Part shown: piece by piece, positions 1 to 10,700 of the stretch | Position numbering within the stretch: position 1 is the stretch's first letter | How the letters are laid out: each line of letters starts with the position of its first letter | DNA from: Anthoceros angustus | Taxonomy: Eukaryota > Plantae > Anthocerotophyta | Assembly: GCA_010909165.1 (NCBI GenBank) | Contig: MU008165.1 | Span: 620,001 to 684,000, forward strand | Length of the DNA stretch: 64,000 nt | Direction: 5' to 3' | Notes under the pieces: model-generated | What the model was told of the DNA's origin: nothing | Database searches by the model: none | Seen by the model: only the letters and a program-made list of their open reading frames with translations | Made by a program: the position numbers and the translations under genes

Positions 1-2278
1 CCTTTTCACCAAGTCGGTGAAACACCCTGTGAGCATCTTCCAAGCTGCCGCACTTTGCATACATGTCTATTAAAGTGTTGGCTACAAACACATCACCTTC
101 AAGCCCTTGCTCTCTAAGTTGTGCATGAAGCTGCTTCCCCTTCTCCAGAGCCGGGATGCCCACACTTGCACATGCCTGCAGAAGGCAGACAAAGGTCACA
201 GCATCAGCTACAGCAAGACTACCTTCTTGCATAGCACTATAAAGACGAAGGGCTTCCAGACCCATGCCCTGCTGGGAATATCCTGCAATTAGAGCAATCC
301 ATGTTGCTACATCTTTTTGACCAAGTCCGTCAAACACCCTCTGAGCATCCTCGAGACACACACACTTCGCATACATCTTCACCAAACTGCTGGCTAGAAA
401 CACATCGCCTTCAAGCCCTTGTTCTCTAATTTGTGCATGAAGCTGCTTACCCTTATCCAAAGCTAGGGTGCCTACACTTGCACATGCCTGCAGGAGGCAC
501 GCAATTGTCACAGAATTGGGAGTTACTATGCCTTCTTCTTGCATACTGTTGTACAGAGACAGGGCTTCCTGCCCCATCCCCAGCTGGGCATACCCTGCAA
601 TCATGGAAGTCCATGTCACCACATTCTTCTGACCAAGTCCATCAAACACACTCCGGGCATCCTCTAGACTGCCACACTTTGCAAACATGTTCACCAAACT
701 GTTGGCTACAAATACATCAGCTTGATGCCCTCGTTCTCTAATTTGCACAAGTAGCTGCTTTCCGGTCTCCAAAGCAGGGGTGCCCACACTTGCACATGCC
801 TGCAGAAGGCACACAAACGTCACAGAATCGGGTATAGCCATGTCATCTTCTTGCATAGCTCTGTACAGAGCAAGGGCTGCCTGCCCCATACCCTGCTGGG
901 CATATCCTGCTATCATCGCACTCCACGTGACTACGTCTTTTTGAGCAAGTCCGTCGAACACTCTCTGAGCATCCCCCAGACTCCCACACTTTGCATACAT
1001 ATTCACCAAACTATTGGCTACAGACACATCAGCTTGATGTCCTCGTTCCCTAATTTGTTCATGGAGCTGCTTCCCCTTCCCCAAAGCTGGGGTGCCCACC
1101 CGTGCACATGCTTGCAGGAGGCAGACAAAAGTCACAGAGTTGGGGACAGCAATCCCTTCTTCTTGCATCACACTGTAGAGCCGAAGGGCTTCCAGCCCCA
1201 TCCCCTGCTGAGAGTATCCAGATATCATGGCAGTCCAGGTCACCACATCCTTTTCCCCAAGTCCGTCAAAAACTCTCTGAGCGTCTTCCAAGCTGCCGCA
1301 CTTCGCATACATGTCCACCAAGCAATTACATACGAACAAATCAGGCTCACCCCCACTGGCCAGCACGTCAGCATGCACCTGCTGCCCACCTCTCAGGTCC
1401 CTCCCCCTTGCACAGGCCTGAAGGGCTGCCACGAACACATGGCCATCTGGCTTCACACGGCACCTGCGCATCCGCTGATACAGCTGCACGGCCTGCTTGT
1501 CTTGTCCATGTCTAACATGCGCAGAGATTATGGAAGACCAGATGAAGGCATCTGGTTCATCAACCATGGTGAACACATCCATCGCGTCTTGCAACCTGCC
1601 ACACGAAGCATACATTCGCAGAATGTGGTTGCACAGGAACGTGTCCGACTGATACCCCTTGTCCACCGTCAAACCATGCACCCGACGACCCAGAACAAGA
1701 TCCTTCTTCAACACACATTTCTTCAGTACAGTATAAAACAGAGACTTGGGAACACAGAAGTCTGTTCGCACCAAAACTTCCAGAGCCTCAACAGCCTCCG
1801 TGAGCAGGCCCTCATGACATAGCTTGCTCACAGTTTCAGCCATCATACTCCTATCGTATCCTGCAGGCCTTCGATTGTCCCGACCGTCGGGCAAGCTCAA
1901 TTTGGATTTAGAGGCCTCACGACCCATCTCCATATCCAAAGCAGCAAGCTTCGAATCCACCCAGGCTGGCTTGTAGAAGTGGTGCAGCCAGAGCACCTCA
2001 TGGGACTCCCTGTGCCGGAAGTCAGGCAAACGCTTACTCTTCTTAGCTTGCCTGTTATCCCACCACTGTGTTGGGTCCCGAAAGTATTGTTCCCACAAGA
2101 GCTCCTGCTGACGACCCTGGGTGCCAGATCCGCCTCCATCCAACCATCCTGTTGGACGGGCTGCTTGTCTGGCTGAAGGCCTGCATCTTTCGGCTAGCTC
2201 GCTTGGCGAAGCTCGCTTCCTTGAGGTCAATTGAGCGAGTGCTCTTCCAAAAGTGCCTGCTGATTTCCAGACAGACAT
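1..2278 (-). CDS. PLS-class pentatricopeptide repeat (PPR) protein, probable organellar RNA-editing factor, with N-terminal PDF motif; 3' end lies outside the window
   Basis: Manual translation from ATG 2278 (in-frame TAA just upstream) gives 759 codons with no stop to the window edge. It begins MSVWKSAGTFGRALAQLTSRKR (basic, Ser/Ala-rich, transit-peptide-like) and then repeats P-L-S triplets such as VANSLVNMYAKCGSLGDAQRVFDGLAQKDVVTWSAMIAGYAQQGMGQAALALYRAMQE...PDSVTFVCLLQACASVG...GKQLHAQIRE. E/DYW domains are not visible here. Confidence 0.95.
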   Translation of the reverse strand, partial: MSVWKSAGTFGRALAQLTSRKRASPSELAERCRPSARQAARPTGWLDGGGSGTQGRQQELLWEQYFRDPTQWWDNRQAKKSKRLPDFRHRESHEVLWLHHFYKPAWVDSKLAALDMEMGREASKSKLSLPDGRDNRRPAGYDRSMMAETVSKLCHEGLLTEAVEALEVLVRTDFCVPKSLFYTVLKKCVLKKDLVLGRRVHGLTVDKGYQSDTFLCNHILRMYASCGRLQDAMDVFTMVDEPDAFIWSSIISAHVRHGQDKQAVQLYQRMRRCRVKPDGHVFVAALQACARGRDLRGGQQVHADVLASGGEPDLFVCNCLVDMYAKCGSLEDAQRVFDGLGEKDVVTWTAMISGYSQQGMGLEALRLYSVMQEEGIAVPNSVTFVCLLQACARVGTPALGKGKQLHEQIRERGHQADVSVANSLVNMYAKCGSLGDAQRVFDGLAQKDVVTWSAMIAGYAQQGMGQAALALYRAMQEDDMAIPDSVTFVCLLQACASVGTPALETGKQLLVQIRERGHQADVFVANSLVNMFAKCGSLEDARSVFDGLGQKNVVTWTSMIAGYAQLGMGQEALSLYNSMQEEGIVTPNSVTIACLLQACASVGTLALDKGKQLHAQIREQGLEGDVFLASSLVKMYAKCVCLEDAQRVFDGLGQKDVATWIALIAGYSQQGMGLEALRLYSAMQEGSLAVADAVTFVCLLQACASVGIPALEKGKQLHAQLREQGLEGDVFVANTLIDMYAKCGSLEDAHRVFHRLGEK
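1985..2098 (-). other. PDF motif (OSB-family ssDNA-binding motif) in the N-terminus of the PPR protein
   Basis: In frame with the PPR ORF: LWEQYFRDPTQWWDNRQAKKSKRLPDFRHRESHEVLWL, matching the W..F..P..WWDNR..K.....PDF.H......LWL pattern of plant OSB proteins. Confidence 0.85.
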
Positions 2279-2685
2279 GGGCCCGCATTAAGCCTATGCA
2301 TGCGAGAAACATTGATCCGTCGCTGAGCAAAACCACGCGATTCGCTGACGCGGGGCAGCCGGCAGACTCAATTTGATTTCCCAGAACCAATTTGCGAATG
2401 TCCATCGCGTGAAAGCCTGGACGTTCGGTTTAAAACAATGTCCGTTGTATGGTGCCCTCCCGTGGAACCTATTTTTAATTATCGAGTTATTCTGCATTTA
2501 CGGTAATTATCCTCAAATATCTCTATTTCAAATTATTAATAAATCCAAAAATCCAGATTAATTTACAATGGACCTGACAATAACGAAGTCCAACGAGGTG
2601 AACTATGCGACCTGGTCAATTAACCCTGGTTAGGTAACCCCGATTAGTAAACCCTAGTAAGCTAACTACTATCCTCACTAACCTT

Positions 2686-2749
2686 GGTTAGTTGACACTG
2701 GTTAATTGACACTGGTTAGTTGACACTGGTTAATTGACACTGGTTAGTT
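2686..2749. repeat. 14-bp tandem repeat, about 4.5 copies, upstream of the PPR gene
   Basis: GGTTAGTTGACACT and GGTTAATTGACACT alternate, starting at 2686, 2700, 2714, 2728 and 2742. Confidence 0.9.
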
Positions 2750-3787
2750 ACCCTAATTGGTTACTTAACTATAGTTACCCTTAACCCGGGTGACTTTAAC
2801 TAGGCCTAACTGATCGCCACGGTAGCACTTTTAATTGCGTGGTGAGTGCCATTGTAAACTGTTCTGCAATTGCCATTGTAATATCCGCGGGAATGTTCTT
2901 TGTAGAAACCCTTGCCATGTGGTGTTGTAAGACATGTGGTTATGTGTGTGGTAAGGCCCGTTGCTCTAGTTGTTGTTCGGCATTATAGTGCCCGTTGTTC
3001 TGTCCGTGGTAAACCCCGTGGGTTTGGATGTGTTGTAATGTACGTGGTTAATGGATGCCCTCATGGTGTCATGCTGGCGTGGCACTGAAGATGAGGTGGC
3101 ACACACACGTGGCAAGATGACGTGAGGTAGGTGAGTTCGGAGCTTTGTGTTGCAAAGGACTCCCACCTTGAGTTCAGCTTTAACTGATCCACCTTCCGAC
3201 CACTTCCAACCAGCTGTCATCCTTGGTCTTGATCATATCTATGGCCCAATTGGCAATATCTCTTCCGCCGGGCGAATGGAAATTCCATTCTTCCCTAGAC
3301 GCGGTATATCGTAGGCCCGCCAGATCGATATGTTCCATCCAATTGTAGGGAGCTGTCATCACATTCCTCTCCTCCTTGCTCAACACTTATCCCTTAGGAT
3401 GATAAAGGTTGCGAAAACATTCTATGACTAAGGCCACGCTACACTGCTTCTCATTTAGCCATCCCAACTGGAGGGTGGCCAGGGTGATGGGCTTCTTTCT
3501 TGAAAGTGTCAAGATCCTCAATCCTGAAGGGCTTATTTCTTAAAAGCTTCAAGATCCTCGGTCCTTATGGACACCGTCATACATCTAAACTTTGGCACAT
3601 TCTTGAGTGGAGCTCAAGTTTCTCCCCTACTTTGTGGAGCTCTGACTGCTGGCTTACTGACAACTACCTCGCAGTGGTGAGGTGTCAGCAGCACAACTCT
3701 ATGCAATAGACTAGCTACCTAAATTGTTGCAAAGAGCTACATGACAAAAGAAGAGAAGAGCCCACAAGATCAGCAGGCAAAGAGCTT

Positions 3788-6700
3788 GAAGAGGCAACTT
3801 GTCCTTAAGCAAAAGAGAGAGCCACAACTTTACATTACCACCTAAGCTGCAGTAGCTCATTATCAAGCCTTGCGCTCCAGGCACAACTTCTCACCACCAC
3901 AAGCACGTGGGCGATCCACTTCCATTGCTCTGTTACAAGACTCAAACCCACAGACAAAGAGCACACAACGGCACTAACAGACAACTCTCAACAACATGAT
4001 GAAGAGACGACCTTAAGACATACAAGAGAGGTCTTGCTTCGCTAGCTTGGCAAAGGTCGCTAAATCGCATTACCGCTAAACTCACAATGTGCGTGCAAGA
4101 GCAGAGTCATTTCTTCAAAGCCTCGTACATCGGACCCAAGTCAAACTAATAAAGAAAGAGTTTTACGCATGTTATGGGATCGGTTCCTCACAAGGCGTGA
4201 AGGCCTCTATGGCGGAGGCGGGGGTACAACAGGATACAAGGAATCAAAGGGAGGGTCATGAGGAATGCCCTGGATAGTGTTCAACCAACCCAATTCACCT
4301 CGCTGGCACTTGGTGCTCTAGCGTGATGGATAATGCCGTTTCATGGTGAAAGACTTCAACGTGAGGTGTATAACCCACGACACCTATACAAAGCCGAGAT
4401 ATGGTCATTGTACAAATGGCGTGTCAAAGCTCGTCCGCAGCCAGGACGACGCGTGGTTTTGAAGTTATGAAAATCTAACACCGAGTGAAGATTCCCAAAT
4501 CCAATGGTGTTCTCGACCTACTCAATATGTGCAGGTTAAAGACCACCATTCTAATACAACTAAGGTTGATCAAGGTAGATATCATCGTACTAGTACAACC
4601 CATCCGGTGGTGGGGAGGAGTTTTTCGTGTTCATCCCATAGTTCGCCGAATGAGTAGTCAGGAGTGATGGTCCGAAAACTCAGTTGTGGTGGGCGCTGGC
4701 CCGCGCCCACCCCTGGACGATCGACCGCTTTGACCGGTTGCTCGAGTACCATGATTGAAACTCGCATGTCCTCGCTCATGGATGGCCCCTGGTTGTAGGT
4801 TTGATTGGTCAACTTTAGGTTCCAGTTCGGGGCCCACCGCCGGCGCCCATCGGGCCCCATCCACCTTCAAACTCGCCAACCATAATACATGACCTAGAAG
4901 GTGGACGTTTTGTAGATTTTAGATTGCGGAAGATGGTAAAGGTATGTGTGAAGAGGTGCTAGTCCACGACATCGGTTTGTTGTATGGCCGTGGAACGCAA
5001 AGTTTGGGGCAACCAAATTCAAAAGAGCTCAAGACAAACAAGTTTGATTTTTTTTGGCTAGGAACGATTGAAGAGGAGCATGCCAAGAAATTTTCCGAGA
5101 ATCTTGAAGCCGGAGTTGTAGGATATTGTTAGGAAGAAAGAGGATATCCCAGAAGAAGAACGGGTCGAAACGACATTTGCGCGGTGAGGGCGTCCAAAGG
5201 TTGGTAGGTCGGTCCACCGAGAGCATCAAGGAGTCAAGTGGAGGAGGAAGAGGAGCATGCCAAGAAATTTTCCGAGAATCTTGAAGCCGGAGTTGTAGGA
5301 TATTGTTAGGAAGAAAAGGAAATTTAGAATAGAGGGGGATATCCACTATATATGCTCACCAATAGGGAATAAATATATAGTAATTAAAGCGTTAATTAGG
5401 ATAGCAGAATAGGAAAATAGGTAGTTTAGATAGAATTAGGATTTTGGAATGATGAACCAATCTAGGGTTGGGCCGCCAATGGGCCTACACCAATTTGGAA
5501 TTGATTGAGGAGTGTTACATCAACCTCCATCAATCGGGCCCCATCCACCTTCAAACTCGCCAACCATAATACATGACCTAGAAGGAGGAGGAGGAAGGAG
5601 AAGCAAGAGGAGAAAAGGAAGGATCATCGCCATCGCCATCGCCACGAGCAAGGAGGAGGAGGAGGAGGAAGAGGAGGAAGGAGAAGCAAGAGGAGGAAGA
5701 GGAGGAAGGAGGAGGAAGAGGAGGAAGGAGGAGGAGGAGGAAGGAGAAGCTCCTCAAGCCAAATTGGAAAAGGCAAGGGAAGGAGAGGAGGAAGGAGGAG
5801 GAAGGAGGAGGAGGAGGAAGGAGGAGGAGGAGGAGGAGGAGGAAGGAGAAGCAAGAGGAGGAGGAGGAGGAGAAAAGGAAGGAGGAGGAGGAGGAAGGAG
5901 AAGGAGGAGGAGGAGGAGGAAGGAGAAGGAGGAGGAGGAGGAGGAAGAGGCAACTTGTCCTTAAGCAAAAGAGAGAGCCACAACTTTACATTACCACCTA
6001 AGCTGCAGTAGCTCATTATCAAGCCTTGCGCTCCAGGCACAACTTCTCACCACCACAAGCACGTGGGCGATCCACTTCCATTGCTCTGTTACAAGACTCA
6101 AACCCACAGACAAAGAGCACACAACGGCACTAACAGACAACTCTCAACAACATGATGAAGAGACGACCTTAAGACATACAAGAGAGGTCTTGCTTCGCTA
6201 GCTTGGCAGTGCTGCTAAACTCCACCACATTTCTGCTAAACTCACAATGTGCAGGCAAGAGCAGGAGTCATTTCTTCAAAGCCTCGTACATCGGGACCCA
6301 AGTCAAACTAACAAAGAAAGAGTTTTTACGCATGTTATGGGATCGGTTCCTCACAAGGCGTGAAGGCTCAAGACAAACAAGTTTGATTTTTTTGGCTAGG
6401 AACGATTGAAGAGGAGGACATGAGGAATCGAAAGGGAGGGTCATGAGGAATGCCCCGTGGATAGTGTTCAACCAACCCAATTCATCACCTCATGCACTTG
6501 GTGCTCTAGCGTGATGGATAATGCTCGTTCATGGCTGAAAGACTTCAACGTGAGGTGTATAACCCCGACACCTATACAAAGTCGAGATATGGTCATTGTA
6601 CAAATGGCGTGTCAAAGCTCGTCCGCCAGGACGACGCGTGGTTTTGAAGTTATGAAAATCTAATCACCGAAAGTGAAGATTCCCAAATCCAATGGTGTTC

Positions 6701-7710
6701 TCGACCTACTCAATATGTGCGGTGGTTAAAGACCACCATTCTAATACAACTAAGGTTGATCAAGGTAGATATCATCACAGCACAACCCATCCGCCGGTGG
6801 GGAGGAGTTTTCAGTTCATCCCATAGTTCACGAATGAGTAGTCAGTATGCGATGGTCCGAAAACTCGAGTAATGACAGGTGGCGCCTCACGCCCACCCCT
6901 GGACGATCGACCGCTTTGGATCGGTTGCCTGAGTACCATGATTGAAACTCGCATGTCCCTGTTCATGGATGGCCCCTGGGTTGTAGGTTTGATTGGTCAA
7001 CTTTGTAGGTTCCAGGGCCCAGGGGGCCCCGGCCTGCCGGCGCCCACTGGGCCCCATCCACCTTCAAACTCGCCAACCATAATACATGACCTAGAAGGTG
7101 GACGTTTTGTAGATTTTAGATTGCGGAAGATGGTAAAGGTATGTGTGAAGAGGTGCTAGTCCACGACATCGGTTTGTTGTATGCTGTGGAACGCAAAAGT
7201 TTGGGCAACCAGTCCAAAAGAGCCCGAAGACAAACAAGTTTGATTTTTTTTGGCTAGGAACGATTGAAGAGGAGCATGTCAAGAAATTTTCCGAGAATCT
7301 TGAAGCCGGAGTTGTAGGATATTGTTAGGAAGGCGAAAAGGATATCCCAGAAGAAGAGGAGGAAGAGGAGCATGCCAAGAATGGCGGAAGACCGGAGGAA
7401 GAGGAGCATGCCAAGAATGGCGGAAGACCGGAGGAAGGAGAAGCTCCTCAAGCCAAATTCGTGGATGAGGAAGGAAGAGGAGCATGCCAAGAATGGCGGA
7501 AGACCGGAGGAAGGAGAAGGACCCGACAAATCTCGCTAAAAAGGAAATTTAGAATAGAGGGGGATATCCACTATATATGCTCACCAATAGGGAATAAATA
7601 TATAGTAATTGGAAAAGGCAAGGAAGGAGGAGGAGGAGAAAGGAAAATAGGTAGTTTAGATAGAATTAGGATTTTGGAATGATGAACCAATCTAGGGTTG
7701 GGCCGCCAAT
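3788..7710 (+). repeat. Tandem segmental duplication of about 2.15 kb spanning the flank/LTR junction of element A
   Basis: GAAGAGGCAACTTGTCCTTAAGCAAAAG... starts at 3788 and at 5944 and continues collinearly through the LTR start (4990 and 7185) and the AT-rich block (about 5316 and 7541). Confidence 0.85.
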
Positions 7711-10700
7711 GGGCCTACATCCACCACCGAGAAGCTCCTCAAGCCAAATTCGTGGATGAGGAAGGCCGAATGGTGGTCTATGAGAGAAGGAGAAGCTCCT
7801 CAAGCCAAATTGGAAAAGGCAAGGAAGGAGAAGCAAGAGGAGAAAGGAAGGATCATCGCCATCGCCATCGCCACGAGCAAGGAGGAAGAGGAGCATGCCA
7901 AGAATGGCGGAAGACCGGAGGAAGAGGAGGAAGAGGAGGAGGAGGAAGGAGAAGCAAGAGGAGGAAGAGGAGGAAGGAGAAGCTCCTCAAGCCAAATTCG
8001 TGGATGAGGAAGGAGAGGAGCATGCCAAGAATGGCGGAAGACCGAGAGCATCAAGGAGAGGAGCATGCCAAGAATGGCGGAAGACCGGAGGAAGAGGAGC
8101 ATGCCAAGAATGGCGGAAGACCGAGAGGAAGGAGAAGCTCCTCAAGCCAAATTGGAAAAGGTCAGGAGAAGCTCCTCAAGCCAAATTGGAAAAGGCAGCC
8201 AAATTCGTGGATGAGGAAGGCCGAATGGTGGTCTATGAGAGAAGGAGAGGAAGGAGAAGCTCCTCAAGCCAAATTGGAAAAGGCAAGGAAGGAGAGTAAT
8301 TCCTTCCTCAAGCCAAATTGGAAAAGGCAAGGAAGGCACCATGCCTCGATGGAAAAGGCAAGGAAGGAGCCGCAAAGGCTCCTCGCGAGGAGAAAGGAAG
8401 GAGAAGCAAGAGGAGGAAGGAGCCGCTGTGAGGAGGTGAACTTGTGATGCCCCAATTCACTTGCTTTGCGGGCAGCTCAACCCCGAGATTTGGTTGATTT
8501 TTTTGGCTAGGAACGATTGAAGAGGAGGAGGAGAACATCCACTGATGGGTGTATGGCCGCCAATGGGCCTACACCAATTTGGAATTGATTGAGGAGTGTT
8601 ACATCAACCTCCATCAATCGGAGCGCCGCCGCACGAGGAATGCTAGAACGGATCCCCGCTGGACCGTAAGAAGCATTCGACAGTGTATGGAAGACCGGAG
8701 GAAGAGAGCTCGAATTGCTCTCGAAAGGTCCAATGGAGGAAGAGGACATCCCTCGACATCCCGCAGGAGTTCCTTGACATGATGGATGGAGGAGGAAGAG
8801 GAGCATGCCAAGAATGGCGGAAGACCGAGAGCATCAAGGAGTCAAGTGGAGGCTCTTCGCAAAGATTGTGCTTGGTAAATTACCAACGCACTTTATTTCA
8901 AAGACCAACTTCCTCCAATTTTGTGGAAGATTTCCATGGGAGCCAAGCCGATTGGGGACTATCATGTATGAGGCCTACATCCACCACCGAGAAGCTCCTC
9001 AAGCCAAATTCGTGGATGAGGAAGGCCGGCTATCTAGCACCTATTTGGTGCATTTATGGGAAACCGAGGACTCTCACAAGCAAGGAGCTTGAAGATGCAT
9101 GGCATCCCTTTGAGGTCATCCACCTCCACCGAGGTTGGAAAAGGCCTTTACCTTTGCATTGCGAAGACGGTGGGAGGTCGACTCCACAAGCATGCTAGAA
9201 GCAAGAGGAGAAGATGCGAGGCAACAAGGTTGCCGAGTGGGAATCTTTCCCCACAGTGAGCAAGCAAGGAGAGGAGCAAGCAAGGAGAGGAAGGCCGAAT
9301 GGTGGTCTATGAGAGAAGGACCACAGGAGGGGTGATGCCCGAGAGTGGGGAGTCCCCACCATCTCCTTTGTGCCTACAAGAGAGGCACCGGCTGCATCAC
9401 CTAGGGAGGCCCACCCAAGGAGAGGAGGAAGGAGAAGCTCCTCAAGCCAAATTGGAAAAGGTCAGGAGAAGCAAGAGGAGGAGCGCCACAAGAAGGAGAA
9501 GCTCCTCAAGCCAAATTGGAAGCCATGGAGTCCGATGAAAAGGCAGCCAAATTCGTGGATGAGGAAGGGAAGGAGAAGCAAGAGGAGGAAGGCCGAGGCC
9601 ACCATCTCCGCTACTGGGTGGGAGAGCGGATGGAGCGAGAAGGAAGCCATGGAGTCCGATGAAAAGGCAGCCAAATTGGAAAAGGTGAGAGCTGGAAATT
9701 TCCAAAGAAGAAGAGGGGTGGAATTAGGACCCTAGGAGAATTGCCGGAGCTTGTGAAGCACTCACCGTGGATTTGAAGGGGCTAGGGACCTAGCAGCCTC
9801 CTTGTGGGCATGCCAAGAGGAAGTGAAATCTCAAGACATGGCCGGAAGAAAGGCAGGACTAAGTGGCAATTGGAAGCCATGGAGTCCGATGAAAAGGCAG
9901 CCAAATTGGAAAAGGTCAGGAGAAGCTCCTCAAGCCAAATTGGAAAAGGTCAGGAGAAGCAAGAGGAGGAGGGAAGTTGTCACAAGTCAAGAAAGAGCCA
10001 TTCGGCAACAACCCAAAAGGATTCTTGGAGGCAAAAGGCGGAAGAGCATTTTGCCCAATTAGAGCAAGAGAGGAAGGCCGAGGAAGGCCGAATGGTGGTC
10101 TATGAGAGAAGGACCACAGGAGGGGTGATGCCCGAGAGTGGGGAGTCCCCACCATCTCCTTTGTGCCTACAAGAGAGGAAGGCCGAGGCCACCCAAGGAG
10201 AGGAGCAAGCAAGGAGCTTGTGAAGCACTCACCGTGGATTTGAAGGGGCTAGGGACCTAGCAGCCTCCTTGTGGGCATGCCAAGAGGAGGAAGAGGAGCA
10301 TGCCAAGAGGAGGAAGAGGAGCATGCCAAGAGGAGGAGGAGGAGGAGGAGGAAGGAGAAGCAAGAGGAGGAGGAAGGCCGAGGCCACCATCTCCGCTACT
10401 GGGTGGGAGAGCGGATGGAGGAGGAAGAGAGCTCGAATTGCTCTCTCGAAAGGTCCAATGGAGGAAGAGGAGGAAGAGAGCTGGAAATTTCCAAAGAAGA
10501 AGAGAGGGGTGGAATTAGGACCCTAGGAGAATTGCTGAGCTTGTGAAGCACTCACCGTGGATTTGAAGGGGCTAGGGACCTAGCAGCCTCCTTGTGGGCA
10601 TGCCAAGAGGAAGTGAAATCTCAAGACATGGCCTAAGAAAGGCAGCCAAATTGGAAAAGGCAGCCAAATTGGAAGCCATGGAGTCCGATGAAAAGGCAGC

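Noticed and set aside
851-1822. 323-aa + strand ORF and other + ORFs in 107-2376
   Set aside because: Antisense shadows of the minus-strand PPR gene; the repeating pattern mirrors the PPR motifs.
2620-2800. Interstitial telomere repeat
   Set aside because: Only scattered CCCTA/GGTTA words; no tandem TTTAGGG or TTAGGG run.
3180-3560. Protein-like minus-strand ORF (…DIANWAIDMIKTKDDSW…)
   Set aside because: No motif I can recognise; probably a TE fragment but unsupported without a search.
3900-4900. Possible minus-strand gag relic in the flank (W..MYEALKK), duplicated at 6050-7100
   Set aside because: A single weak motif; too degraded to call.
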